Source of the DNA: an uncultured Oscillospiraceae bacterium
GTDB lineage: Bacteria; Bacillota; Clostridia; Oscillospirales; Oscillospiraceae
Length of the DNA: 59,223 bases
Assembly (NCBI GenBank): GCA_964462775.1
Contig: CAYWZB010000001.1
Coordinates: forward strand, 1 to 59,223
Reading direction: 5' to 3'
Both the position numbers and the translations under genes were made by a program. Of the stretch, positions 27,266 to 36,812 are shown one piece after another (within the stretch, counting starts at the first letter, position 1; every line of letters starts with the position of its first letter). The notes beneath the pieces are model-generated. The model saw only the letters and a list, made by a program, of their open reading frames with translations, searched no databases and was not told where the DNA came from.

Positions 27266-28656
27266 AGCAAAGAAATCGCGTTGCCTTTTTCAATATCTTA
27301 AGCACCGTGCTGCTACAGGGGATTTCCCTGTTTACGGCGCCGCTGTTTTCCTGGCTTTTGGGAGACAGCGGCTATGGCGGCTTGCAGATCTATAACATCT
27401 GGACCAGCGCCCTGGCCATTGTCTTTACCCTGCGTACCCAGGGTACTCTGGTCAATGCCCGGGTGGAATACCCGGAGGAGGAGCAGAACGCCTACCAGTC
27501 GGCGGCCATGAGCCTGTCGGTGCTGGTGTTTTTGGGATGCAGTGTGGTGGTACTGGTGTTTTTGGGACCCATTTCCGCCTTTTTGGAGATGGAAAAGTTC
27601 CTGGTGGGACTGATGCTGCTGCAGGCCTTCGGTACCTTCTGCGTCAGCTTCCTGAATACCAAATTTCTCTATGAGTTCAAGGCCGGACGGAATATGGCCA
27701 TGTCCGTGGGGGTCACGGTGACCACGCTGGTGCTGTCGCTGGTGTTCTGCCTGAATCTGCCGGAAAGCATCCGCTACTACGGCCGTGTGGTGGCCATCGC
27801 GGCGACCTATGGCCTGCTGGGCATCCCTGCCTGCATCCACATCCTCCGTCAGGGAAAAACCTTTTACCACAAAAAATACTGGAAATTCTGCTTTTTCCTG
27901 GCGATCCCCACGGTTTTTTACAATCTGTCGGATCTGATTTTGGGACAGAGCGACCGGGTCATGCTGCAGAAAATGCTCAGCGAGGCCTCCGTGGGTCAGT
28001 ATTCTCTGGCGCTGAACTTCGCCGGGATCATGTTCACCATTTTCGGCGCGCTGAACAACAGCTGGTGTCCGTTCTTCTTCGAGGATATGAAAACCGGCCA
28101 GCGGGAGCAGCTGGAGAAGCGCTCCGGGAACTTTCTGGAGCTGTACACGGTGCTCAGCGTGGGCTTTTTGCTGCTGACCAAGGAGGTCTATCAGTATTTC
28201 TTTGCCCAGCGGCGGGAATTTTGGAATGCCACGCAGCTGATTCCGATTTTTGTTTCCAGCTATTATATCAACTTTTTGTGCACCTTCCCGGTGAACTACG
28301 AATATTACCGGAAGAAAACCAAAGCGGTAGCAACCATTACCATTTCCTCCTCGCTGCTGAACATCGGGCTGAACTATGTGCTGATCCAACGCATGGGAAT
28401 GGCCGGCGCGGCTGTGGCCACCTTCCTGTCCCACTGCGTGCAGCTGACGATGCACCATGTGTATGCCCGGTATCTGCTGGGCAAGGGGGATTATCCCTTT
28501 TCGGTGAAGCTGTGGCTGCCCTATGGGGCGGTGTATTTTGCCATGGTGGCGGTGACCGCCCTGACCGACGAGGTGTGGCTCCTGCGCTGGGCAGCCGGTG
28601 CGGCGCTGGGGCTGTGGGAACTGTGGCGGATCAAAAAACGCAAGGTTCTCATTTAA
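27262..28656 (+). CDS. wzx: Wzx flippase (MOP superfamily)
   Basis: About 12 TM segments, SDRVML....VGQYS, LNIGLNYVLI..GMAGAAVAT. Confidence 0.88.
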   Translation: MKQRNRVAFFNILSTVLLQGISLFTAPLFSWLLGDSGYGGLQIYNIWTSALAIVFTLRTQGTLVNARVEYPEEEQNAYQSAAMSLSVLVFLGCSVVVLVFLGPISAFLEMEKFLVGLMLLQAFGTFCVSFLNTKFLYEFKAGRNMAMSVGVTVTTLVLSLVFCLNLPESIRYYGRVVAIAATYGLLGIPACIHILRQGKTFYHKKYWKFCFFLAIPTVFYNLSDLILGQSDRVMLQKMLSEASVGQYSLALNFAGIMFTIFGALNNSWCPFFFEDMKTGQREQLEKRSGNFLELYTVLSVGFLLLTKEVYQYFFAQRREFWNATQLIPIFVSSYYINFLCTFPVNYEYYRKKTKAVATITISSSLLNIGLNYVLIQRMGMAGAAVATFLSHCVQLTMHHVYARYLLGKGDYPFSVKLWLPYGAVYFAMVAVTALTDEVWLLRWAAGAALGLWELWRIKKRKVLI

Positions 28657-28698
28657 CCGCCAGCGGCACTCCCTGCCGGAATAAAAACAGGATATCCC

Positions 28699-28740
28699 AA
28701 AGCCGAAAAGCATGGTGCTTTTCGGCTTTTCCCATTTCTT
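28699..28740 (+). terminator. Terminator closing glycan operon 1
   Basis: AAAGCCGAAAAGCA-TGG-TGCTTTTCGGCTTT followed by a pyrimidine/T-rich tail. Confidence 0.75.
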
Positions 28741-28744
28741 GTAG

Positions 28745-28773
28745 TTGCAAACAGCAGGAAAATGATGTATAAT
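28745..28773 (+). promoter_or_regulatory. sigma-A promoter of glycan operon 2
   Basis: TTGCAA, 17 bp, TATAAT. Confidence 0.8.
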
Positions 28774-28823
28774 ACTCTCGGATTTGTATCCCTTTTGGAA
28801 GAAACACTTTTTGAGGTTCCGAT

Positions 28824-29957
28824 ATGAAGAAAAAAGTCCTGTTTGTGGCTACAGTGGTCAAAACCCACATTATGCAATTTCATATCCCCTACCTGAAGAT
28901 GCTCAAGGAGATGGGCTGGGAGACGGCGGTGGCTGCCCGGAATGACTATGAGGATCCGGCGGACTGCGTCATTCCCTACTGCGATGCCTTTTACGATATC
29001 CCCTTTGAGCGCACGCCCTGGAAGGCGGGCAACATCCGCTCTTACCGGATGCTGAAGAAGATTATTGACGAGGGCGAGTATGCCGTTGTTCATTGCCATA
29101 CCCCTGTGGGGGCATCCATTGCCCGCTTAGCTGCCCGGTCTGCCCGGAAGAAGGGTACGAAGGTGGTTTATACCGCCCACGGCTTCCATTTCTTCACCGG
29201 TGCGCCGCTGGTGAACTGGCTGCTGTTTTACCCGGCGGAGCGGCTTTTGGCACCGATGACGGATGTGCTGATCACCATCAACAAGGAAGACTATGCCCGG
29301 GCGCAGAAGAAGCTGTCACCCCGGCGGATCGAATATGTGCCCGGCGTGGGCGTGGATACCCGGCGGTTCCATGTTGACGGCGTTGACCGGGAGGAAAAGC
29401 GCCGGGAGCTGGGCTTTGGAGATGAGGCGTTCCTGCTGCTGACGGTGGCGGAAATGACCAAGAACAAAAACCACGCCACGGTTCTGCGGGCGCTGGCACT
29501 GCTGAAGCAGGAGCCGGAGTTTTCGGCAATGCACTACCTGATCTGCGGCCGGGGCGACGAGCGCTGGAGCCTGGAAAAGTTGACGAAGGAGCTGGGGCTG
29601 ACGGAGCAGGTGCATTTCCTGGGCTACCGGTCGGATGTGCCGGAGCTGTACCAGAGCAGTGATCTGTTTGTCTTTATGCCTTTCCGGGAGGGCCTGTCCC
29701 TGGCGCTGATGGAGGCCATGAGCAGCGGCCTGCCCACGGTCTGTTCCCGGATCCGGGGCAATACCGACCTGATCGATGAAAACGTCAGCGGTGTGTTTGC
29801 GGAAAATAATCCCCAGGCGGTGGCGGATGCCATTTTGGCGCTGAGGCGGGATCCCCAGCGCAGAGCGGCGCTGGGTCAGGCTGCCCGGGAAAAGGTGGGC
29901 GTGTTCGACGAAGTGCCGGTGCACGCCCGGATGAAGGAAATTTATGAAAGCCTGTAA
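28824..29957 (+). CDS. GT4 glycosyltransferase (EpsD-like)
   Basis: LFVATV..HI..FHIPY, HCHTPVG, YTAHGFHF, REGLSLALMEAM. Confidence 0.92.
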   Translation: MKKKVLFVATVVKTHIMQFHIPYLKMLKEMGWETAVAARNDYEDPADCVIPYCDAFYDIPFERTPWKAGNIRSYRMLKKIIDEGEYAVVHCHTPVGASIARLAARSARKKGTKVVYTAHGFHFFTGAPLVNWLLFYPAERLLAPMTDVLITINKEDYARAQKKLSPRRIEYVPGVGVDTRRFHVDGVDREEKRRELGFGDEAFLLLTVAEMTKNKNHATVLRALALLKQEPEFSAMHYLICGRGDERWSLEKLTKELGLTEQVHFLGYRSDVPELYQSSDLFVFMPFREGLSLALMEAMSSGLPTVCSRIRGNTDLIDENVSGVFAENNPQAVADAILALRRDPQRRAALGQAAREKVGVFDEVPVHARMKEIYESL

Positions 29958-29976
29958 GGCTTGAGGAGGTGCCGCC

Positions 29977-30951
29977 ATGGGAGGAAAACTGCTGGTTTCC
30001 CTGGATTTTGAGCTGTTTTGGGGAATGCTGGATCGCTGCCCCCTGGAGGCCTACGAGGAAAATGTGCTGGGCGGGCGCAGAGCCATCCCGGAACTGCTGA
30101 AGCTGTTTGAAGCGTACGGCATTCACGCCACCTGGGCGACGGTGGGCTTTCAGTTTGCGGAAAACTATCAGGAGCTGGCGCCCTTCTTCCCGGCGGAGAA
30201 TCTCCGCCCCGGGTATGACGATCCAAAGCTGGATTCATACCCCTGGTTTGACCGAATCGGCAAAGATGAAGCCAGCGCCCCCTGCTTTTACGCCGGGTCG
30301 CTGCTGAAGCAGATCGCCGCGGTGGAAGGGCAGGAGATCGGTACCCACACCTTCTGCCACTACTATTGCCGGGAGAAGGGGCAGACCCCGGAGCAGTTCG
30401 CCGCGGATATGGCGGCGGCCAAGGCTCTGGGAAAAGCCAAGGGCTTTGACCTGACCAGCGTGGTGCTGCCCAGAAACCAGTGCGAACCGGAGTACACCGA
30501 AATTCTGAGACAGCTGGGCTTTACCGCCTACCGGGACGAGGAAAACGACTGGATCCACGAAAAAATCAAATTCCGCCCCCTGCTGCGGGGGCTTCGGCTG
30601 CTGGACGTATATCTGCCGCTGACAGGGCAGGGCGGCTATCAGCCCAAAAATGAAAAGGGCATCTGGAACCTGACCGGTTCAAGAATGTTCAAGCCCATCT
30701 TCCCGGCGCTGCAGGCGCTGGAGGGCTGGAAGCTCCGGCGGATTAAGGCGCAGATGCGCCATGCCGCCCAAAAGGGCTTGACCTTCCACCTGTGGTGGCA
30801 TCCCCACAATGTGGGCGTGCGTACCCGGGAGCATTTGCAGCAGCTGGAGGAGATCTTCCGGTACTTCCGGCAGCTGCAGGAAACTTACGGTATGGAAAGC
30901 CTGAACATGGGCGAAGCGGCCCGGCAGGCGGAAAAAGAGGGAACGCTATGA
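29977..30951 (+). CDS. Polysaccharide deacetylase (NodB/CE4-like)
   Basis: SLDFELFWG, ATWATVG, EIGTHTFCHYY, PRNQ, FHLWWHPHN. Confidence 0.88.
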   Translation: MGGKLLVSLDFELFWGMLDRCPLEAYEENVLGGRRAIPELLKLFEAYGIHATWATVGFQFAENYQELAPFFPAENLRPGYDDPKLDSYPWFDRIGKDEASAPCFYAGSLLKQIAAVEGQEIGTHTFCHYYCREKGQTPEQFAADMAAAKALGKAKGFDLTSVVLPRNQCEPEYTEILRQLGFTAYRDEENDWIHEKIKFRPLLRGLRLLDVYLPLTGQGGYQPKNEKGIWNLTGSRMFKPIFPALQALEGWKLRRIKAQMRHAAQKGLTFHLWWHPHNVGVRTREHLQQLEEIFRYFRQLQETYGMESLNMGEAARQAEKEGTL

Positions 30952-31988
30952 GAGTGCTGCACGTTTTGTACTCCACCATTTATACCGGCGCGGAAAAGGT
31001 GGCGGCGCAAATCATCCAATCCTTTGCCGGGGAAGTGGAAATGGCCTATTGCAGCCTGGAGGATGCCCAGGTGCGTAAAATTGTGGAGGAGCAGGGGATT
31101 ACCTTCCTCTCCTTCCCGGAGCTAACTCCCCACCATCTGGGGAAAATCATCCGGGAATTTCAGCCGGATGTGATCCACGCCCATGATATGCGTACCAGCT
31201 TTGTGGCGGCGCTGTGCTGCGGAAAGATTCCGCTGGTATCCCATATCCACAACAACGCCTACGATTCCCGGGGTCTGTCCCTGAAATCCATCGCCTATTT
31301 GCTTGCCGGCTTCAAAGCCCGGCATATTCTTTGGGTATCCAACAGCTCCTATGAGGGCTACTGCTTCCACAAGCTCTTCGCCCGGAAGAGCAGTGTGCTG
31401 TATAACATCATCGACACCCGGCAGATCTTCGAGATGCGGGATCGGGATGAGGCGCACTACGACTTTGACCTGATCTATCTGGGCAGACTGACCTACCAGA
31501 AGGATCCCCAGCGGCTGATGCGACTGTGCGCCCGGCTGAAGGAGACACGCCCGGAGATCCGGGTGGCCATCGTGGGGGCAGGGGAGCTGGAGGAGGAGAC
31601 CCGGCAGCTGTGCCGGGAGCTGGGACTGGAGGACAATGTTCGCTTTTTGGGCTTCCAGAGCAACCCCATGAAGATGCTCAGCGACAGCCGGGTGCTGGTG
31701 CTGACCTCCCGGTGGGAGGGAACTCCCATGTGTGCTTTGGAGGCTATGGCGCTGGGCACCCCTGTGATCAGCACCCCCACCGACGGCATGAAGGATCTGA
31801 TCCAGTCCGGCGAAAACGGCTACCTCAGCGATGTGGACGAGACTCTGGCGGCAGCCATTGAAGGTATGCTGCAGGATCCTGCCAAACGGGAAGCCCTTTC
31901 CGTGGCTGGGAAAAAGCGCTTCGCCCAGATCAACGATGCCGATGCCTACAAGGCGGCCATTGCTGCCTGCTATGGAGAAACAACATGA
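30948..31988 (+). CDS. GT4 glycosyltransferase
   Basis: GAEKV, IHAHD, LGRL..QK, SRWEGTPMCALEAM. Confidence 0.9.
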   Translation: MRVLHVLYSTIYTGAEKVAAQIIQSFAGEVEMAYCSLEDAQVRKIVEEQGITFLSFPELTPHHLGKIIREFQPDVIHAHDMRTSFVAALCCGKIPLVSHIHNNAYDSRGLSLKSIAYLLAGFKARHILWVSNSSYEGYCFHKLFARKSSVLYNIIDTRQIFEMRDRDEAHYDFDLIYLGRLTYQKDPQRLMRLCARLKETRPEIRVAIVGAGELEEETRQLCRELGLEDNVRFLGFQSNPMKMLSDSRVLVLTSRWEGTPMCALEAMALGTPVISTPTDGMKDLIQSGENGYLSDVDETLAAAIEGMLQDPAKREALSVAGKKRFAQINDADAYKAAIAACYGETT

Positions 31989-33055
31989 AAATTGTTCAGG
32001 TGATCCCCTATTTCTGCTTCGGCGGCGGGGAAACCATGTGCGAAAATTTGACCTATGCCCTGATACGCCTGGGGCATCAGGTGACGGCGGTGAGCCTGTA
32101 CGGCGAGCGCACCCCCATTTCCCTGCGGATGGAGCAGGCGGGGGTGAAGCTGGTGTATCTGGACAAGAAGCTGGGGCTGGATGTGTCCATGATCCCCAAG
32201 CTGGTGTCCGTGTTCCGGGAGGAACGGCCGGATGTGGTGCATACCCATCTGGATGTGATTAAGTATGCAGTCCCTGCGGCAAAGCTGGCAGGCGTGGGGC
32301 GCTGTGTGCACACGGTACATACTGTGGCGGACAAGGAGGCGGAGGGACGGCTGCAGAAGCTGACCAACACCCTCTTTTACCGGCTGGGCTGGTCTACCCC
32401 TGTGGCATTAAGTCCCCAGGTGCAGCAGACCATCCTGTCCTTTTACGCACTGGAAAAGGAGCGGGTGCCGGTGATTTACAACGGCATCGACCTGTCCCGG
32501 TTCACCCCAAAATCTGATTATTCCCAGAGCGACACGGTGGAGCTGATGCATGTGGGGCGGCTGACGCCTCCGAAAAATCATGAACGGCTGCTGCGTGCCT
32601 TTGCGGCGCTCCGTGAAAGCCATCCCCAATGCCGCCTGACGCTGGTGGGGGATGGAGAGCTGCGGCAGCAGGTGGAGGAGCTGGTAGAGGCGCTGCACCT
32701 GAGTCAGGCAGTGACCTTCGCCGGTGCTCAGGCGGATGTGCGCCCCTACCTGGAAAGGGCGGATATTTTTGTGTTGCCTTCTGACTATGAGGGCATCCCC
32801 ATGACCATCATTGAAGCCATGGCTGCGGGGCTGCCCATTGTGGCGACCAGCGTGGGCGGCGTGCCAGATATGCTCAGGCAGGAGGAAAGCGGCCTGCTGG
32901 TGCCGCCGGACACGGAGGCTGTGACCCGGGCCTGCGCCCGGCTGGTGGAGAATCCGGCGCTGCGGGAGCGTCTGGGGCGCAACGCCCAGGCGGAAGCCCG
33001 GCGGTTTTCCGCCGAGTGTATGGCGGAAGCCTACGTCAGAGTTTACGAGCAATAA
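31985..33055 (+). CDS. GT4 glycosyltransferase
   Basis: GGGE, VHTH, VGRL...KNH, PSDYEGIPMTIIEAM. Confidence 0.92.
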   Translation: MKIVQVIPYFCFGGGETMCENLTYALIRLGHQVTAVSLYGERTPISLRMEQAGVKLVYLDKKLGLDVSMIPKLVSVFREERPDVVHTHLDVIKYAVPAAKLAGVGRCVHTVHTVADKEAEGRLQKLTNTLFYRLGWSTPVALSPQVQQTILSFYALEKERVPVIYNGIDLSRFTPKSDYSQSDTVELMHVGRLTPPKNHERLLRAFAALRESHPQCRLTLVGDGELRQQVEELVEALHLSQAVTFAGAQADVRPYLERADIFVLPSDYEGIPMTIIEAMAAGLPIVATSVGGVPDMLRQEESGLLVPPDTEAVTRACARLVENPALRERLGRNAQAEARRFSAECMAEAYVRVYEQ

Positions 33056-33071
33056 GAAGGGAGGAAGGGCT

Positions 33072-34052
33072 GTGGATAAAATTTCGGTGGTGGTTCCCAC
33101 CTATAACAATGCGCCATGGCTGCCTGCCTGCCTGAACAGTCTGCTGGAGCAGACCTATGAGAATCTGGAAATCATTGTGGTGGACGACGGCTCCACCGAT
33201 GAGACTGGGGAGATTCTCCGGGAGTATGAGCGGAAAAGCCCCCGGATTCATGCCATCTGCCAGGAAAATGCCGGGGTGACCCGGGCACGGCTGCGGGGCG
33301 TGGCGGAAGCGTCGGGAGACTGGATCGGCTTTACCGACGGGGATGACGTGGTGGATCCCACCATGTTCGCCCGGTTGCTGGAAAACGCTAGAACCTGTCA
33401 GGCGGATATTTCCCACTGCGGCTACCGTCTGGTATTCCCGGACGGCCGGAGTGAAAACCATCAGGGCACCGGGCAGCTGCATCGGCAGACGCATCTGGCG
33501 GCGCTGCAGGAGCTGCTGGAGGAGCGAAGCGTGGAGCCGGGGCTGGTGACCAAGCTGTTCCGCCGGGAGCTGTTTGCGGGGCTGGAAGAAAAAATGGAGC
33601 CCGATATTCAGAACAATGAAGATATGCTGATGAACTTTTTCCTGTTTGAAAAGGCGGAATCGGCAGTTTTTGAGGATATTTGTCCCTATTGCTATCAGGC
33701 AAGAGCAGGCTCTGCCAGCCGCCGGGGACTGAATGAGCACCGAATCTATGACCCCATCCGAGTACGCAAAACGATTCTGTCTCAGTGCGAGCCGCAGCTG
33801 CAGGATGCTGCCCGGCAGGCACTGCTTCGGACGTGCCTGTATGTTTATGCCCAGCTGACCATGGAAGCCGGTCGGGAGCTTGCCCCTCACCGCCGGGCTG
33901 TCCGCCGGGAAATTGCCGGGCAGAAGGATCATTTTTCCCTGCTGAGCAGGCGGAACCGGGTCTTGGCACGGATGATTTGCCTGTGCCCGCCGCTGTTTTT
34001 TCTGGCCTTCCGGGGCTATGTGGCGGTGGCGCTCCATGGGAAATACGAATAA
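33072..34052 (+). CDS. GT2 glycosyltransferase
   Basis: SVVVPTYN, VDDGSTD, FTDGDD, KLF, ED. Confidence 0.9.
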   Translation: MDKISVVVPTYNNAPWLPACLNSLLEQTYENLEIIVVDDGSTDETGEILREYERKSPRIHAICQENAGVTRARLRGVAEASGDWIGFTDGDDVVDPTMFARLLENARTCQADISHCGYRLVFPDGRSENHQGTGQLHRQTHLAALQELLEERSVEPGLVTKLFRRELFAGLEEKMEPDIQNNEDMLMNFFLFEKAESAVFEDICPYCYQARAGSASRRGLNEHRIYDPIRVRKTILSQCEPQLQDAARQALLRTCLYVYAQLTMEAGRELAPHRRAVRREIAGQKDHFSLLSRRNRVLARMICLCPPLFFLAFRGYVAVALHGKYE

Positions 34053-34076
34053 CACGAGAAGAAAGGATGAGAAGCT

Positions 34077-35054
34077 ATGGATCAGCCGCTGATCAGCGTC
34101 ATTGTGCCGGTATATAAAGCGGAAGCGTATCTGGATCGATGCGTGGGATCCATTGTGGATCAGACTTACCGAAATTTGGAAATCCTGCTGGTGGATGACG
34201 GCTCCCCGGACAATAGCGGCAGCCTCTGCGATGCCTGGGCGGCGAAGGACAGCCGCATTCGGGTGATCCATCAGGCCAATCAGGGCGGCGGTGCCGCCCG
34301 GAACAAAGCCCTGGATCAGGCGAAGGGCGAGCTCATCGGCTTCGTGGACAGCGACGATTACCTGACTCCTGAAATGTATCAGCAGCTGTATGAGCTGATT
34401 TGTCAGGGAGCGGAGATCGCTGAGTGCGCCATCGTCCAGGTGGAAGGGGATACCTTCCCCGAGGAGCGGGGCACCGGCATGGTCACCACGGCGGATCGGG
34501 AGCAAGCCATGGCGCTGCATATCCAGGACACCATCTTCCGCCAGACCCCCCCAAACAAGCTCTATCGCCGGGAAACCATCGGAGATATCCGCTTTCCGGT
34601 GGGAAACCTCATTGACGATGAGTTTTTTACCTACCGGGTCATTGGCGCCGCCCAAAGGCTCAGCCATCTGGACAGACCCTTTTATGCCTACCGGCAAACC
34701 CCCGGCAGTGCCATGCACAAGCCCTACTCCCTGAAACGGCTGGAGGGGCTTCACGCCAAGCAGCAGCGGCTGGCCTATCTGCAGGAGCATCTGCCCCGGC
34801 TGGTGACGGCTGCCCGGGAGGATCTGCTGCTCAGCTGCCTGTATGCCATGCAGGGCAGCCTGCGGTATCTTCCGCCGGAGGAGCTGGCACAGGCAAAGAA
34901 AATTCTTGCTCAGGTGCGGCAGCAGACCGCTGACCCGGCTTTGGGCACCGGGCTGGGACTGAAAAAGAAAGTGCTGCTCCGGGCAGCGAAAAACAACCTG
35001 GCGCGGACGGCAAGGCTGCTGAACTTTCTGGAAGACATCCACCTGCTTTCATGA
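34077..35054 (+). CDS. GT2 glycosyltransferase
   Basis: SVIVPVY, VDDGSPD, ARN, FVDSDD, NKLY, DDEF. Confidence 0.92.
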   Translation: MDQPLISVIVPVYKAEAYLDRCVGSIVDQTYRNLEILLVDDGSPDNSGSLCDAWAAKDSRIRVIHQANQGGGAARNKALDQAKGELIGFVDSDDYLTPEMYQQLYELICQGAEIAECAIVQVEGDTFPEERGTGMVTTADREQAMALHIQDTIFRQTPPNKLYRRETIGDIRFPVGNLIDDEFFTYRVIGAAQRLSHLDRPFYAYRQTPGSAMHKPYSLKRLEGLHAKQQRLAYLQEHLPRLVTAAREDLLLSCLYAMQGSLRYLPPEELAQAKKILAQVRQQTADPALGTGLGLKKKVLLRAAKNNLARTARLLNFLEDIHLLS

Positions 35055-35062
35055 GGTGCATC

Positions 35063-35953
35063 ATGGCATTTGATTACAAAGTAACGATTTTTACCCCCAC
35101 CTACAACCGGGCGTATATCATTGAAAAGCTCTATCAGTCCCTGCGGCGGCAGAACTGTACCGAGTTTGAGTGGCTGGTGGTGGATGACGGCTCCACCGAT
35201 GAAACGGAAAGCCTGTTCCGCCGCTGGATGGCAGAGGACAATCCCTTTCCCATCCGCTACTTCCGCCAGAAAAACGGCGGCAAGTGCCGTGCCATCAACA
35301 AGGGACTGGAGCTTGCCCGGGGAGAGCTGTTTTTCAACGTGGACTCCGACGACTATCTGACGGAGGACGCGGTGGAAAAGGTAATCCGCTGGGAGCAGGA
35401 GCTGCCCAGGGATCAGAAATACTGCGGCTTTGCGGGCAATCTGGGCACCGCCCCGGACGAGACCCCCAACCGTATCTTCCCCGGCGGCTATTTTGACGGA
35501 ACCGCCTTTGACCGCTACGGCAGCGTGGACGGCGAGCGGTGCATGATTTTTTACACGGACATTCACCGCCGGTATCTCTACCCGGAATTTCCCGGGGAGA
35601 AGTTTATGACCGAGGCGGTGACCTGGAACCGCATGGCCAACGACGGTTGGAAGGTGCGGTTTTACAACGACATCATTTGGATCTGGGAATACAAGCCCGA
35701 CGGCTTGACCAAGGCCGGTTATCAGGTTTTCCTGGACAATCCCCAGGGTACGGCGCTGTTCTTCCGGGAGAAGGCAGTGTTCTTCCACTATCCGCCCTGG
35801 ACAAAGCTGGGAATGTGGTATGGCTTCACCTGCGATGCCATGGACCGCTGTACCGATGCCCAGATCGCGCAATACATCGATATGCCCCGGTGGCTGGTAA
35901 AGCCCATGAAGGGGCTGCATCATCTGATTCAATTCCTTCGGAAAAAGAGGTAA
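35063..35953 (+). CDS. GT2 glycosyltransferase (different subfamily)
   Basis: TIFTPTYNR, VDDGSTD, NGGK, VDSDD, FPGEKF.TE; ATG at 35063 has a GAGGTG RBS. Confidence 0.9.
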   Translation: MAFDYKVTIFTPTYNRAYIIEKLYQSLRRQNCTEFEWLVVDDGSTDETESLFRRWMAEDNPFPIRYFRQKNGGKCRAINKGLELARGELFFNVDSDDYLTEDAVEKVIRWEQELPRDQKYCGFAGNLGTAPDETPNRIFPGGYFDGTAFDRYGSVDGERCMIFYTDIHRRYLYPEFPGEKFMTEAVTWNRMANDGWKVRFYNDIIWIWEYKPDGLTKAGYQVFLDNPQGTALFFREKAVFFHYPPWTKLGMWYGFTCDAMDRCTDAQIAQYIDMPRWLVKPMKGLHHLIQFLRKKR

Positions 35954-35956
35954 GCT

Positions 35957-36799
35957 ATGGCTGACTATCCTATTCATATTTCGGCAAAACACAAGTGGTA
36001 TGACCTGAACCTGAAGGAGGTCTGGCAGTACCGGGATCTGATCTCTCTGTTCACCAAGCGAAATTTCGTGGTGAGCTACAAGCAGACCATCCTGGGCCCT
36101 GCCTGGATTTTCCTGACGCCGCTGTTCAGCTCCATTGTCCAGGCCTTCGTCTTTGGCGGCATCGCCGGCATTCAGACCGACGGGATCCCCACGCTGCTGT
36201 TCTATCTGTGCAGCAACGCCATCTGGGCATATTTTTCCTCCTGCCTGACGAACAATGCCAACACCTTTACCGCCAATGCCTATATGTTCGGCAAGGTGTA
36301 TTTCCCCCGGCTGACTACGCCCATCTCCAACGTGCTTTCCAGCATCATCCGCTTCGGCATTCAGATGCTGCTGGTGCTGGTGGCGCTGGTGTATTACCTG
36401 CTGCGGGGGGAGATTTCTCCCAACTGGCTGGCCTGGCTGATGATCCCGGTGGAGCTGGTGCATCTGGGCGTGCTGGGCATGGGCTGCGGCATCATTGTTT
36501 CCAGCATGACCACCAAGTACCGGGATCTGACGGTGCTGGTGGATTTCGGCGTGTCGCTGTGGATGTATCTGACCCCCATCGTCTACCCCATGTCCACCGT
36601 GGGCGACAGCTGGATGCGTACGGCGCTGCTGTGCAACCCGGTGACCAGCTCTGTGGAGATGCTGCGCTATGCCGTTTTGGGGCAGGGCACCATCCAGTGG
36701 GGCTTCTATGGCATCTCCTGGGCAGTGACGGCGCTGGTGGCGGTGCTGGGCGTGATGATCTTCAATAAGGTCGAGCGGAATTTTATGGATACGGTGTAA
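35957..36799 (+). CDS. wzm: Polysaccharide ABC transporter permease Wzm
   Basis: YRDLI...KR....YKQTILG..W, KVYFPR, KYRD, MYLTPIVYP, NP. Confidence 0.92.
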   Translation: MADYPIHISAKHKWYDLNLKEVWQYRDLISLFTKRNFVVSYKQTILGPAWIFLTPLFSSIVQAFVFGGIAGIQTDGIPTLLFYLCSNAIWAYFSSCLTNNANTFTANAYMFGKVYFPRLTTPISNVLSSIIRFGIQMLLVLVALVYYLLRGEISPNWLAWLMIPVELVHLGVLGMGCGIIVSSMTTKYRDLTVLVDFGVSLWMYLTPIVYPMSTVGDSWMRTALLCNPVTSSVEMLRYAVLGQGTIQWGFYGISWAVTALVAVLGVMIFNKVERNFMDTV

Positions 36800-36812
36800 G
36801 GAGACAGTGGAT